Shown here piece by piece: positions 24,101-36,765 of a stretch of DNA of 64,000 nt. Every line of letters starts with the position of its first letter. The stretch's first letter is position 1. The stretch is taken from NCBI GenBank assembly GCA_964016885.1, contig OZ024740.1:378262001-378326000 (forward strand), given 5' to 3'. This stretch comes from Eledone cirrhosa (taxonomy: Eukaryota). The translations under genes and the position numbers were made by a program. The notes below the pieces were generated by a model. That model made no database searches, was not told the DNA's origin, and saw only the letters and a list, made by a program, of their open reading frames with translations.

Positions 24101-27057
24101 CTTTTCTTATCATTTGATTTAAGTTCCAAAGTAGTAGATCCACTATTTGGTGCAGAAGCAGCTGTGTGATGCTTTGGGATGAAAAATTGATAATCTTTAT
24201 TTGTCAGGGGACTGGTGGCTGGTATCAGTACATCAGCTGCATTATTACTTGATGTATTTCTGACAGGAAGGAAAAGAGGACTATCTATTGAGGGTGATTT
24301 ATTTACTCCTTCGTGATAACTATGGCTGAGACCATTTGCAGTAGGACTTTTTATATCTGATGATATTTGGAGAAGGCTTTTATTTATATCAACCATGATT
24401 TTTGAATGGGTTTTACCTTTAAATAAGTCACCATCAGATATAGACCCAGTTTGTGAAAGACTTTTGGTCATATTGCTTTTATTCATGTTTTTATTTACAT
24501 TAGATGGTTGATTAACTGGTTTGGTAGGTGTATCTGAAGAATAAGGCTTTGTTGCCACAGAATCTTCATCAATAACTGCTAAATATTTTGACCACTCATT
24601 AGCCATAAGTTTTACTGTTGTTGGTAAGTGGTTTTCCCCATTAACAGCAATTTCTCCTGTTTTACTATCTACAGGAAGGTTTTTTACTGTAGTTTTCATT
24701 TTTTTCTCCCATTTTTTCACTCTTTCAGCTACTTCAATGTCATATTCTACATCAGAAAACATTCCACTGTCTTTTATTGGTAAGGCTAATTCATTTTCTA
24801 GAGTTTCATTGGAACTACTGATATTAATTTTAGCTGGATTTATTACAGATGGTGCAGAATAGCTTAAAGACTTTTTAATGACCTCAGGAGAGTTTTTTAT
24901 TTTGTTTGACTCAGACACTAAAATACTTTCTGAAATAGTTATAAGTGGTTTATATTGGTTGATATTTTCAATATTTTCCAATGGCTTGATTGGCTGATTA
25001 TCTCTATTGCTTTGGTTAGTTATTGGTTGGGGAGAATCATGTGATTTTAACCAAGACATACATGATTGGAATGCACTGCTCTCACAGACAGGGGATTGGG
25101 TTATTAAAACTGGCTCTGAAATTCTAATTGGAATTGGGCGATGTATTGGCTTCTTATCTTCAGCATTTATTTGAGAGGTTATAATAGGCTGTTTGTTTCT
25201 GGGAGTAACAGGCAGTGGCATCTTACCTGATTTTGAACCAGTACATTGTTGTGACATCAAGACTGGTTCAGAGGACATTTTTAGTAGAACAGGTTTTGAA
25301 GTTGTAACTAATTCTGGAATTTTAGGCATAACTGGCTGTGACATAGGAATTGGCTCTGATACCTTTGGCAAAGCAGTTGGTTCAAATGCTGAAGAAGGTT
25401 TCTCATTTTGAGATTTTGTATGTTGTGTTGATTGTGAAGTATTGTTGACATTTGCAGGTTCTATATATTGTTTATTTGATTCTAACAGTTCATCAAGCGA
25501 ATCCCCATCACTATAGCATTTTGATAAATAATCTGTGTGTTTTATGTTTGATTTATTTGATTTTGAATTGATGCCTGTTTTAGATCTGCGATTTTTTTGC
25601 TTTTGGTCAGATCTGGATCTTTCCTGTTTTTGTTCTTGTAAAGGATTTTGATCCACTTTAGAGGGTAGTTGAGGTGATTTTTGTTGTATTGGAACATATG
25701 GTTGAAAACTCAATGGGCGAATGCTTGGTTGAGAGTTATGCCCATTAGATAATAGAGAAGCATTTTGTAAGGAACCATTATTTTCAAAGTTTCGTTTTTG
25801 ATAACTGAAATTTTCAGGTTGCTGTTGTTGAAATCTTTGTTGTTGCTGATGAGGAGGAGGTGGAGGAGGACTGATACAATGGATAGTGTTTTCAAAATCA
25901 AAGGCTGTGGAATTTCTACTTTGATTGTTTGCAGCTGCATTCATGTTTTCAAACTGAAAATTTGTATTTGATATTTGAGGAGTTGCTTCATATTTGTTGT
26001 CTTTTTTTAAGGAATTGTTTAAACTATTTGATAAACCAATATTTTGGTTATTTTTGCGAGGATATTCAACAACTACCATTCTTGGCTTTGCTGGTTTTTC
26101 TGGTTGGTTTGAAGGTCTGTTATCTCTTTTGAATGTGAGAGGTGGTGACATGCTTCCACTAGCATTAAATCCTAAAGACATTGGTCGGTAGCAAGGAAAA
26201 GAAGCTGTCATTTGAGCTGGCTTTGAAACTTCTGTTTTTAGTTTTGGTTCTAGAACAATTTGATCACCTGAAATATTAAGATAATTTGTGTATTCTGAAC
26301 CAGATTTAGTATTTACACCATCATATTCTCCTATAGAAGTTTTTCTACCCTTTCCACGGCCTGCTTGAACCTGGGAGAGTCTCTGTCGAATTTGGTTTGA
26401 AATTTCTGAGTGTGGGTTAACCTCCTCATCAGATGTTGGACAATTTTCCATTCTTTGTTGCCTCATTTCTTCTAATCGCTGAAATTTAGCTTTTTGAGGA
26501 ACAGCTGCATTGACTCTGTCAGGATTACTCCATGTGTTCTGATGATCATGCTTATTTCCACTTGGAGGTGATGGGATATCTACATGCGGTCGATTAACTG
26601 AGTTTGGCATGGTTTGACTTTTGTTTTCTTTTGGTGGAGTGATTAGTTTCCATTCTGTTGCTTTAGTTTTATCATGCCTTTTAGTCTTTTTTATCAAAAG
26701 TGGATTTCGTGTCCATCGCTTTGGTCCACTATCTGCAGAATCAGTGTCGCTATCAGATAGGTTAATGTTAACAATTTCTTCATCAGAAAACTGGCGCAAA
26801 CATAATGGGCGAGGACTTTTGCGTGGTTCATGACTAACAGCCCATTGTGGTCCAGATGTATCTTGTCTTCCAGGGCTTTGATGTCGTCGGGGACCTTCAC
26901 TTCTTGAACGATGACGTGCTTTGTTTTGACTATCAGTAGGCACGGCAGCTCTTCTTCCTAGTCTTTCTTGTCTTTCCACTGAAGGGTCTTCTGTTGCATG
27001 ACTGGTTGATCTTGACGCTGGACCTCTAGACAGACTTTTGAGTTTCTCATCTGCACT
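21127..27057 (-). CDS. Giant coding exon (about 5.93 kb, about 1976 aa) of an unidentified host gene, probably a terminal exon; predicted largely disordered
   Basis: 1950-aa stop-free ORF, extendable by 26 codons (SADEKLKSLSRGPASRSTSHATEDPS) to the acceptor tcttttatataatttcag at 27058-27075. TGA at 21127-21129 and AATAAA at 21097-21102 on the minus strand. No transposon insertion over 5.9 kb in a TE-dense window. Confidence 0.88.
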   Translation of the reverse strand, partial: SADEKLKSLSRGPASRSTSHATEDPSVERQERLGRRAAVPTDSQNKARHRSRSEGPRRHQSPGRQDTSGPQWAVSHEPRKSPRPLCLRQFSDEEIVNINLSDSDTDSADSGPKRWTRNPLLIKKTKRHDKTKATEWKLITPPKENKSQTMPNSVNRPHVDIPSPPSGNKHDHQNTWSNPDRVNAAVPQKAKFQRLEEMRQQRMENCPTSDEEVNPHSEISNQIRQRLSQVQAGRGKGRKTSIGEYDGVNTKSGSEYTNYLNISGDQIVLEPKLKTEVSKPAQMTASFPCYRPMSLGFNASGSMSPPLTFKRDNRPSNQPEKPAKPRMVVVEYPRKNNQNIGLSNSLNNSLKKDNKYEATPQISNTNFQFENMNAAANNQSRNSTAFDFENTIHCISPPPPPPHQQQQRFQQQQPENFSYQKRNFENNGSLQNASLLSNGHNSQPSIRPLSFQPYVPIQQKSPQLPSKVDQNPLQEQKQERSRSDQKQKNRRSKTGINSKSNKSNIKHTDYLSKCYSDGDSLDELLESNKQYIEPANVNNTSQSTQHTKSQNEKPSSAFEPTALPKVSEPIPMSQPVMPKIPELVTTSKPVLLKMSSEPVLMSQQCTGSKSGKMPLPVTPRNKQPIITSQINAEDKKPIHRPIPIRISEPVLITQSPVCESSAFQSCMSWLKSHDSPQPITNQSNRDNQPIKPLENIENINQYKPLITISESILVSESNKIKNSPEVIKKSLSYSAPSVINPAKINISSSNETLENELALPIKDSGMFSDVEYDIEVAERVKKWEKKMKTTVKNLPVDSKTGEIAVNGENHLPTTVKLMANEWSKYLAVIDEDSVATKPYSSDTPTKPVNQPSNVNKNMNKSNMTKSLSQTGSISDGDLFKGKTHSKIMVDINKSLLQISSDIKSPTANGLSHSYHEGVNKSPSIDSPLFLPVRNTSSNNAADVLIPATSPLTNKDYQFFIPKHHTAASAPNSGSTTLELKSNDKKSAVHALDINTSNVLPGNFLRRKSDISSEYSISQMIPNNSCKKNAEQGNWKNLIGGIQGKLRDSEIWSPQMDSHQGPVSIERVTARTLETIPFSEDPFWKEIEELTNFDHLIKDIPPERKNSTEIDSTKSFAKNTACQMNAASTQHTKPYFLPSFTSKIDNKPQSKQYSSLKSSNKIANMNALDEVLLDLQPVLGTRMSNSQRKIFGSHVDMSHKSNSPKRPLSYHSGAYHGDQLEVHSSQMLKSTCNSGLSAERPEFSSQQNLLQLQEANQGNLMYQSMTKLGEKQYENVVNGNYQLDPSVLKEKLINTGLVERSPSGEDLAFLIKNIQGGNNNVLFAFRDNEKSTTYTPSQPEENLEELKVLASQVEDKLSEIKSKILKADESNLDRMLNTLKKFSPSTSAMLSADVKSSGSKKPSTESFVHRKAKLSEALTELEKIYSQLNVSNEALLDCNKSSNFSSPYSNQESHSFRLSSSFSQLYDNTSGHVNSDSFHSGMRYLSTSDHGLTTSQRYRELMQVPVKDIGSKYPIKTESHTSNSTSVIESPLIKTEDASGDSVMSTSDVPTRRPRTRRQRRSAANELNQESKKFQSRNNSKEANDGPSVCLSSITVEKSSRSKSSARSDTSDGSSRLNNAIHRPKPPPRSSSLHRKSGRDEERNHRKSTPPDFDIKQTTSGSQSQSSNGNKEIQEIGNISKRNFQQQLRQEQSCSSDSSAEMVQQKKRPVSKSIAKMLDLFSSSDEDRHRKVRTRSRHERRPISEISEEQGHRISDDSYSSKSSQKSHTSSKVMTPRSIKQRHEAKARQKIVIAQQMMAQENESSQTLLSDENIATEDSSTASKPPLPVPRQRSQSSEKCPSSSDENEKDEHDKETPNESSNNEKQRERSSPASSNKSRSRWSISSARELVNATDSSLSLEQVAEEEVIDRAEKCQSFHELFASFEPDRKRIEKLKLLQKSASEEATGEENSRMHSFHSEPDLRDSINKDNKRFDES

Positions 27058-27344
27058 CTGAAATTATATAAAAGACAATGTTTATAGAAACCATTTACAT
27101 ATATCAAAGCATTATATAAATATTTAAAAAAAAACATAAGTGTAGGAGACATACATTATATCTTTTTTAAATTAAAAGAAATTATAAAAGATTATATCAG
27201 GATTTGAAAAGACAGTTCTTGCCAGCCCCACATAATCTTCAGTTCTTGTGTGTTGTTAAGTTTCAGCAAATCTGGTATAAATAAAAGCATTATTCTTAAC
27301 AAAATATAAAAGATTCAATTGTACATTTTCTACACTAGTATTTG

Positions 27345-29056
27345 TACACATGCCCCAAGTGTAACCAACAGAATTACCAGCTGTACGAATAAGCAGTTGC
27401 ACATTAAGTAAGGCAATTAAGAATATGAAGACAGGAAAAACAGCCAGATCATCAGGAATAATTGCTGAGATGCTGAAAGCATCTAGGATGGTAGGGCACA
27501 CTTTAACCACCCATGTCGTAAACCAAGTAATACAGAATGGTATCATACTCAATGACTGGCGTAGCAGCATCGTTGTCAACTGCTATAAGGGAAAAGGAGA
27601 TGCCCTAGAGAGAAGTAACTACAAAGGCATCAAGTTCATAGACCAGGTCATGAAAGTTACAGAATGAGTTATCACACAACTGATTAAAGATCGTATACAC
27701 CTAGATAAGATGCAGTTTGGATTTGTGCTGAGAAAATGCACCACTGAGGCCCTCTTCCTTGAGAAGCAACTGCAGAAAAAGTACTTGGCTTAAAGTAAGC
27801 CACTCTACTTAGTATTCATGAACCTAGAGAAAGCATTTGACAGTCCCTCACGCTGTTATCTGGTGGGCCCTCAGAAAACTAGGGGTAGATGAGTGGCTCA
27901 TGAGGGTGGTACAAACCATGTACAAAGGAGCTACCAGCAAAGTCAAAATTAACAATGAGTATAGTAAGGAATTGAGCATGCAAGTGGGGATCCCCCAGAG
28001 ACCCTTTCTTAGCCTCCCTCCTGTTCATTATTGTCCTGCATGCTATAAGAGAGGAATATAAGACAGGTTGCTCTTGGAAACTCCTATACACTGACCTGAT
28101 CCTCGTAGCTGAATCTATGACAGAATTAGAGAAGAAATTTCAGACATGGAGGCTTAGCTTGGAAACGAAAAGCCTTAAAGTCAACTTGGCAAAGACCAAA
28201 TTCCAAGTGAGTAGAAAGGAAAACAGGGCACTGATCTCCCTAGGGAAATGATGCTGCTCAGTGTGCAGGAAACGAGTAGGTAGAAACTCAATTATGGATA
28301 CACAAAAAGTGTAGTGGGAAATCAGACAGGCTAGCAAAGAACATAGACTTCATATGTGGACATTTCACAGGGGCAATAAGTGAAAACCTTCAGGAAATAT
28401 GCTCTTTTAAATGCACAGAACTAGTTGATAGCTTCTGCTTCCCTGGGAAACCAAATCAGCTGTAGAGGTGGGAGCTCAAAAAGTACAGTTTCCAGAGATA
28501 GAAAAAATTCAGGAATCTGTTGCCACTGCTTGCTACAAAAGGTTTCTTACTCAACATAAAAGGCAAACGGTATAATGCCTGTGTGTGAACAGCAATGCTA
28601 CATGGAAGTAAAACCTGGGTACTGTCCACCAAGGATCTATGTAGATTGGAAAAAAATGAAGCTTGCATGCTCTGATGGATGTGTAACAGTAATGTGCATG
28701 AACAGTGAAGTGTAAATGAATTGAGAGCGAAACTGAGCATAAGAGAGATCAAATGCTGTGTGCAGGAGAGAAGACTGCTATGAGCAAGTTCACCCAGCTC
28801 CCAAATACAGATCCGCCTATGAACAGGGTATGGCGTGGCCTACTAGCCTAACCCCTCTCATAGTGGGACCATTCAGTTTCACATTGTAAATGTGGTTGGT
28901 GTTAGGAAGGGCATCCAGCTGTAAAAAAACGGTCAAAATACAGTTCCATTTGAGCAAGATATGTGCAGACAAATGGTCAGACATTCCTCATAACATGGAC
29001 AACCTGTCTAACCCATGCATGCATGGAAAATTAGACATTAACCAGTGATGATGATG
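27345..29056 (+). mobile_element. 5'-truncated, decayed RTE LINE
   Basis: MKTGKTARSSGIIAEMLKAS, NYKGIKFIDQVMKVTE and VPHAVIWWALRKLG align with the 43804 ORF. Many stops; ends in a gatgatgatg tail. Confidence 0.92.
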
Positions 29057-29197
29057 CAATATTGTGTTCCTGTTTCTTTCCAGCACACTAAATAAGGCCA
29101 TTTATAAGATACTAGGCTCTGTTGATTATATTTAAACACAGATTTATTGTACCAGCACATTTGATATATGTATGCACATTATATATCTTTACACACA

Positions 29198-32100
29198 TTG
29201 TGACGGCTATGATGGAATCCACGGAGGCTATGGGTTTGGTACTAGAAATTAGGAAGGCTCCAGAATCCTGGAATTCTGTGACGCAAATAACCTAACAATC
29301 TGTAACACTAACTTCAAAAAACGAGACAATCACTTGATCACCTACAGATCAGGGGAACATACCAGCCAGGTAGATTATATCCTTACCAGAAGACGTGACA
29401 GAGTGTCTGTTGTAAACATCAAATCCCTCCCCCATGAAGAATGCACCTCCCAACATAGACTGATAATTAGCGACCTCATAGTCAGGACGAGACGTACCCG
29501 ACAACAGAAGAGGACTATTCTCAGGAGAAAAATATGAAAGCTAAAGGACCCTACAGCCAGAAATAAATTTCAAAGCATATTACTTGATGCTTTCGACAGT
29601 AAGGAAGAGCATTTAGAGTCGTACAATATAGAGGAACAGTGGGAATTCCTGAAAGCAAACCTGCTGATGGCAGCAGATGAAGTCTGTGGCTAGAGCAGGC
29701 CTATAGGCAGGAGGAGAGTAACATGGTGGTGGAACAGTAAGGTGGAGCAGTCGATTCAGGCTTGGAAAGTATGGCGGGATGGGGGAAGTAGAGAAGACTA
29801 TCAAGTGGCCAGGAGGGAAGCTAGGAGACAAGTGTACTTCGCAAGAAGGGAAGCAGAGGAAAGAAAGTTCAAGCATGTTCTACAACGCGAGGACCAAAAA
29901 CGTGAGGTGTTCAGGATTGATAGGCAATGTGTCAAGGAAAACCGTGATATTGTCGGGGAGAAGTGTGTACTAAATGATGATGGCGTACTTGCCATCACTG
30001 ACGCTGATAAGAAGGTAGCTTGGAAGTGTCACTACGAAAGGCTACTAAATGAGGAGAATAAATGGGAGAAGGATAGTCTCCCCCAGATCGATCCAATAGA
30101 GGGACCAGCAGTGTTAGTTGAAGGTAGTAAAATAAATAAGGCAATCAAAGATATGAAGACGGGTAAGGCGGCTGGGCCTTCGGAAATAGTTGCTGAGATG
30201 CTGAAAGCCTCTGGAACGGTGGGACACACCATGGTCACCCGGATAGTAAACCAAGTCATACAGAATGGGGTTGTTCCGAAGGACTGGCGTAGCAGCATCA
30301 TCATTAACTGTTACAAGGGTAAAGGAGACGCCCTAGATAGGAGTAACTATAGAGGCATTAAATTAATCGACCAGGTCATGAAGGTCACGGAAAAAGTAAT
30401 AGTGCAACTAATCAGAGAGAGAATTGATCTAGATGAAATGCAGTTCGGGTTTGTGTCAGGCAAAAGTACCACAGATGCTCTTTTCATTGTACGACAACTA
30501 CAGGAGAAGTACCTAGCTAAAAGTAAACCCCTATACTTAGCCTTTGTCGACTTGGAGAAAGCGTTCGACAGAGTCCCCCGTTCCATTATCTGTATAAAGA
30601 AACAGTCAGCAAGGTTAGAATTAACAACGAATATAGTGAAGAGTTTAGCGTAAAAGTTGGTGTTCATCAGGGCTCTGTTCTTAGCCCCCTACTATTTATT
30701 ATTACCCTACAGGCTATAACAGTGGAGTTCAAGACCGGCTGCCCATGGGAACTCCTATACGCAGATGATCTAACGCTCATAGCTGAATCAATGGCCGAGC
30801 TAGAGAAGAAATTCCAAACATGGAAGCACGGTCTAGAATCAAAAGGCCTTAAAATTAACCTGGCTAAGACTAAAGTTCTAGTTTGTAGGAAAGAAAATAA
30901 GGCGCCGGTCCCTTCCGGGAAATGGCCATGCTCAGTGTGTAGGAAAGGCGTAGGTAGAAACTCCATTTTATGTCCCAAATGCAAAGTTTGGGTGCATAAA
31001 AGATGTAGTGGGATCACAGGTAAGCTAACTAAGAACATAGATTTTACATGTGGCCGGTGCTCTGGTGCAATAAGTAGCAGCAAGTGCCCACAAAATACTA
31101 GCTCTTTCAATTTCGCAGAGGGTTCTATAGAAATAGTGGACAGCTTCCGTTACCTGGGTGACAAAATCAGCAGTGGGGGTGGGTGCTCTGAAAGTATAGT
31201 AGCTAGAGTCAGAACTGGATGGAAAAAGTTCAGAAAGCTTATACCACTATTAGCCGCTAAAGGGTTCTCCCTAAAAATGAAAGGCAGGCTGTATGATGCC
31301 TGTATACGAACAGCAATGTTACATGGCAGTGAGACCTGGGCATTGTGTGCAGAGGATATACGCAGACTAGAGAGGAACGAAGCTTGCATGCTCCGCTGGA
31401 TGTGTAATAGTAATATACGCGAACGGCAAAGCATAAACGAACTAAGGGAAAAATTAGAAATAAGAGCGATCAGATGTTTTTAGTCGAGAGAAGGCTATGT
31501 TGGTATGGTCACGTGATGCGCATGAAAGACGACAGCTGTATAAAAAAGTGCAGGGCAATAAAGATAGACGGTAGCCACGGAGTAGGCAGACCCAGAAAAA
31601 CCTGGGACGACCTGATAAATTCCGACCTCACACACTTACACCTCTCCAAGACAATGTCACTGGACCGAGATCTTTGGCGGTACTCAGTAATAGAGAAGAC
31701 CCGCCTTACCTGAAATACAAAGTAAAACCTACTACAGTCAGTAGGCATCTCTAACAAAACACACCCCTGTCCCACCACCACCACCCCATCCACACCGCCC
31801 CTTTCAATGTAAAGTTATGTTGGTGCCACAACATCCAGGCCGAAACAAATGAGATCGTGTAGGTGTCACGACAAAAAAACACACAGTCCACGCTGTAATG
31901 TGGCCGTGTAGGCAACACGGTAAAAACCTCCCAGCCCCACACTGTAAATGTGGTTTGTGTTAGGAAGGGCATCCAGCTGTAGAAAACCCGCCAGACAGTC
32001 CTATGCGAGCAAGACAACCACTCTTGCCTCATGTGGGAAAACTCCCGTCCAAACCCATGCAAGCGTGGAACATGGACGTTAAACGATGATGATGATGATG
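29198..32100 (+). mobile_element. 5'-truncated RTE LINE, moderately young, frameshifted
   Basis: Four ORF pieces colinear with the 43804 ORF (partial EN, RT with YADD, PHD-like finger, thumb). A short deletion near 30590 removes the WWALRKLGVDEW segment. (GAT)n tail and possible TSD acacaca at 29191 and 32101. Confidence 0.95.
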
Positions 32101-32176
32101 ACACACACACGACTCAAAATGGGAAGATCAGTATCTTACTTAAAAAAGAAGTTGGCATCAGGAAGCACGTCTGCTT

Positions 32177-32256
32177 ACACACACACACACCCACACACCA
32201 CACACCACACACTACACACACCACACACCACACACCACACACTACACACCCCAACA
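32177..32256. repeat. Compound (CA)n/(CACAC)n microsatellite
   Basis: Direct reading. Confidence 0.9.
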
Positions 32257-32485
32257 CATGCACATGCAATTATTATTATATCTGTTTTTTGCATGGATTG
32301 AGATAGGGATTTTGAGGCAAGCTTTCAACAGCTGGATGGCCCTTCTTGATGCCAACCCATATCTCATTTTTTTAAGTATGCTATATGCCACTATATATTT
32401 GGGACTGAATTCAAAACTATGTGGTTCTGAAGTAGACTTCTTCACACAACCATATAAAACAGACACTAAATGATGATTATATATA

Positions 32486-33245
32486 TCATCATCATCACCT
32501 CCATGTTGACATGGATTGGGCAGATTATTATATCACATTGAGACTAAAAAGATTGGATGACCAAGTCCTCCTCAGTTTTGCATGGTTTCTATTGCAGGAT
32601 ACCTTTCCTAATGTCAATCATTTTAAAGCGCATACTGGGAGCTTTCTATCATGACAACAGCACTACCACTTCACAGAGAGCACTGGATGCATTTTATCAG
32701 TTACCTGCTACTTGCTAGAGAGTCATCATTCTGGAAGAGAAAGAAGAGAGTGAGAGCAAATGCCAGGTTATGGAGGGGGTCATCAGGCATGTACATTCTT
32801 GATGATCAATTCCAGGAGCCTTATTTCTTTCCCCATTCATAACCATAGGTTCCATGTATGCTGGAGAAACCATAACAGTATTACCTAAACATGTCCATTG
32901 AAATCACTGGCTGTGATGATGAGGCTACTCTTATTGTTATCAAGGTAATCTTCAAGAAGGTTTCATAAAAGTGATCCTTTTATTCATCTGCCAACTGTGA
33001 TTTCAGTGCATATGTAGAGATAAGTAATGCTGCTGTGTTGTTCATGACTAATCTCAGCTTAATTATTCCATCGCCCTGCCTTAGTATGTCAATTATTTTA
33101 TCCCTTTCTTTACTAACAATATGATTATCCCACCCACCCCATTGCTGTTACCCACCCAGAAACATTTCTTTGTTCCTTGCCAGTGATGAGCCTGAGGTTC
33201 CCCTCCATCTTACCACATGCACACAATACACATCTATTTGCCTGT
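32486..33245 (-). mobile_element. Decayed RTE derivative: endonuclease segment joined to 3' tail
   Basis: The minus strand shows VRWEGNLRL, WVGNS.GVGG and GDFNGHV-like APE motifs at 32840-33240. The (CAT)n tail is at 32486. Confidence 0.65.
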
Positions 33246-33371
33246 TCTAGTTTTTCTACCGAAAAATATTAGTTGATAACTCAAGCATCTTATATAGAAT
33301 TTCTCAAAATAGCTAAAGATCATAGAATTTATATTTACAAAAAATACAGCAAAAAAATTAATACAGATAAT

Positions 33372-33557
33372 TGTTTCTACTTTTGGCACGAGGCCAGCAA
33401 TTACCCAGTGCATTACTGGTACTTTATTTTATCGACCCCGTAAGGATGAAAGGTAAAGTCAACCTCGGCGGGATTTGAACTCAGACCGTAAAGGGACGTA
33501 ACTACGCCGGAAAGCATGGCGTCCGACTCTCTACCGATACTGCCAATCCACCGCCCT
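33372..33557 (-). mobile_element. tRNA-derived SINE (family A), young full-length copy
   Basis: Perfect 18-bp TSD aaaattaatacagataat (33354-33371 and 33558-33575). CpGs are retained and A/B-box-like motifs are present. Confidence 0.92.
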
Positions 33558-36500
33558 AAAATTAATACAGATAATGCACCCTAGAAAGAAACTAAAACCA
33601 TTTTTTGATTGCTGAAAGAAAGCTGGAGTTAATGATCAAAATTTTAAATCTGGCAGTAATGATATCATCCTTTATACACCATTCTTATCATTCCTGACTA
33701 CTATAAAACAGAAATAACACATGCCACTTTTAACTATTTCATCCTTAAGATAAGATTGAAACTCTAGAAATGTTAATTGTTACTCATATCAAGGAATTAT
33801 TGTTGTACCATACATATCTTACTCATAAAATACATACATTAATAGCTGTCAACATTGTTACTGATGGTATACCTTATAATCACTAATGATCTCTCATAGT
33901 GACCACATTAACATTAACTAAACTGCTGACCAAACACAGTTTTATTTTTATGATCAGAAAATAATTCAGCTTGAGCAGTTACTCTACAAATCTCAAGTAA
34001 GACCTGCATTGGAGTAATGCACACATACCTAGTATGGTCCTGGTGCTACACTCACTATCACACTATCGTACTCCTGGAGATGAGGGTTGCACATTTTTTC
34101 GGGGGTATGTGTTACCCATATGTAATGTCTCCCTCTATTGGGGAAAACCGATTGATTTTTAAATTGCATTTGTGATAGTATTTTACACGTTTTTATTGTA
34201 TGTAAATTTCCCCCTTTGTATTTGTCCCCTTCTTTTGTGCCCCTGTGGCTAATAAAGAAACATATCTTACACTGAACTCAAAAGGTCATTCAGCTGGTTG
34301 TCAAATATTCATTCAGCAACATACTACAACAATTGGCTCCTTGATACACTGTCTCTTTTTTAGCCTCATCTACTCGCCTCTGCTACTCAGAACTTGTGAC
34401 CTGCATAAACTTTCGCAAAAGCCAATCATCACATGTATCAATCTTTTTATCTTCATCACTACTGTGTCTCATTCTCTAGATCCCACACTTTTCAATGCTT
34501 CTTTTCCATTACTGCTATTTTGTGGAAATTCCTTTTTAATCTTGATTTCTAGCAGATGTTTACCTACAGATGTTCAAGCAGAACACCAATCACATCGATC
34601 TCACCAGTCTAACAAAAACAACCACAATAAACAAACATGCATGAATACAAGCATGCTTGCATTGGTAAATTGTTTGAGTTAAAGAATATGTGAATATACT
34701 TTAACTCATAAGCAAGTATTTTCTTTGTGTATTTCATTAAGACCAAAACAAGTGATATCAGATATGCATTCAGATTAGATTCTATATCAACAGGAGCAGA
34801 AGGGTTATTTTTCTTACATTTATATATTTTTCAGATTAGCTAGCACTAAAGTAGTTAAAAATATTTAAGACCATAGTTGAAGCTTTTCAATCTTTATGAT
34901 TTTTGTTTTCTATTTCTATCTTGAGTGAAGCTGATTTAAAAAATATTTTTTAGTAAAACTGCATTCTAAGGTTTTAACCAGATGAAAGAGAAAATTTCCT
35001 TTGAGCAAACATTTGTTTATTAGATTTTTGGAATAGACTTTAACTTAATTATTTTGTAATGCAAAATAAAGAGATAAGCAGAGTTTTGTACTAAGTAATG
35101 CCTCTATGAACTAGTAGTAGTTTGCACAAAGCATTTGTGATATAAATGCAACCAATATGTGATATAAGTGCAACATTCTAAAATGTATGTTCAGTTCAAA
35201 TATGTTGTAGCTAATTCTTTTCTAAATCTGTCATATTTCATGCTGTTAACAAAACATATAAGTAATGAATTTTAATTTTATACAAACCTAGGTATTATTT
35301 TAAATTCATTTTGAAGTTTGAAACATGAAACTTTAAAAAATTCTAATTAAAAATCCCAAACAAGATTTAATGTTAATTAAATTTATTTTATTGGAGTCTT
35401 GCAATCATTAATTATAATTTTGAAATGGCAATAATACATCCATTACCACTATTATCATCATAGTCGTTGTCATCATCACTGTTGTCATCATCACTGTTGT
35501 CATCAGCATGAATACTAATATTAATTTACTATATCATTTTAGGCATGTGATGGCATGGGTATCATACATGTCTTTATATGTTTATAAATATGAATTTACA
35601 TGTGTGTACATTTTTATATGTAATTGTGTATTCATATATAATTCTTATAATAAAGAGCAGCTGCTAACTTAACACCTAAAGAGTCAATTGTTTGTATCCT
35701 GTCATTGAAAATAGACTGTTTTCCTGGCAAAGGAATTTAACTCTCAATGTTTGTACTAAGGACAAAAATTTAATTAGGTTCAGCTAAAATCTTTTCATGA
35801 GCAAAACAGCCTCACTAAACACAACAAAGTACTACCAAAAGGCAAATTGGTGTTAACTTTAATGATGAATTGTATTATTGCACAATATCATCATCATGAA
35901 AGTTGCAGCATAGAAACCTTTTACTTTTTATATGCATTTACCATTTGCCTAAGTGCACAAGCAGCAAATTTATATATTTTTTTAGAAAAAAAAGATTAAA
36001 GGAGGAGCAGTGCCCATGACTTGGTAGGTGCTCCCAGACTGGTGGCATAAATTAGTTGCTTTTTAAAAAACATTTTTGGAGGTGTTCAAATAATATGGGT
36101 AGCATCTATGTGGTTGCTCCTTCTAGAAGTAACTGACAAACCACCCTCAAATTATATTACTACCATCTTAAAAAAGAAAGATTACATTTTGGAAACTATA
36201 GATTCTATAACTATTGTTGCACTTTACATAAGTTTGGTGACTTTTGTTTCTCCAGGGAATGTTGAGTCTTTTGTTTATAAAAGTGGGAGGTGACAAATAA
36301 GTTTAAATGCTCAGCTGGTGTCAGTGGTAGTTAGGATGGTTCGTGTAGGGTTTTGTTGTTGTTGAAACTGTCACATATTAAATATATGTCTGAGATAAAT
36401 TGAAGCTATTAAGATGAGAATTTTCCATATCTCATCTTTAGAGTATTTTGTCATCCTCATCATCACAATAATCATTTTACACCTGATTTCCATGCTTCCA

Positions 36501-36765
36501 TGGGTTGGATGGGTCATTATAGCTGAAAACTAATTGGGTTGACTATATTAGGGGCATTTGATTGTGGCACTAGCACAAGAGAGGTTATGTCTTCAGCAAG
36601 ACTAAAGAGTTCTCAGCCTTACTTAGTCTCTGTTCAATTACCACTACTTTACAGAGTATTCTAGGTTGCTTTTATCATGGCACCTGCATTTCCAATAACA
36701 TATTTATTACACGTTTTGGTTGATTTCATCTTCAATTATCACTGATTGTTTTATTTCAAGATATT

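Noticed and set aside
21255-26900. Many short ORFs overlapping the giant exon
   Set aside because: They are antisense or alternate-frame shadows of the long ORF.
33372-33557. tRNA gene (A/B-box-like motifs)
   Set aside because: No cloverleaf is evident. It is a multi-copy SINE head with a TSD.
34271-34607. Candidate minus-strand exon with AG/GT boundaries
   Set aside because: All three frames stop early. It could only be a non-coding exon, and nothing else supports it.
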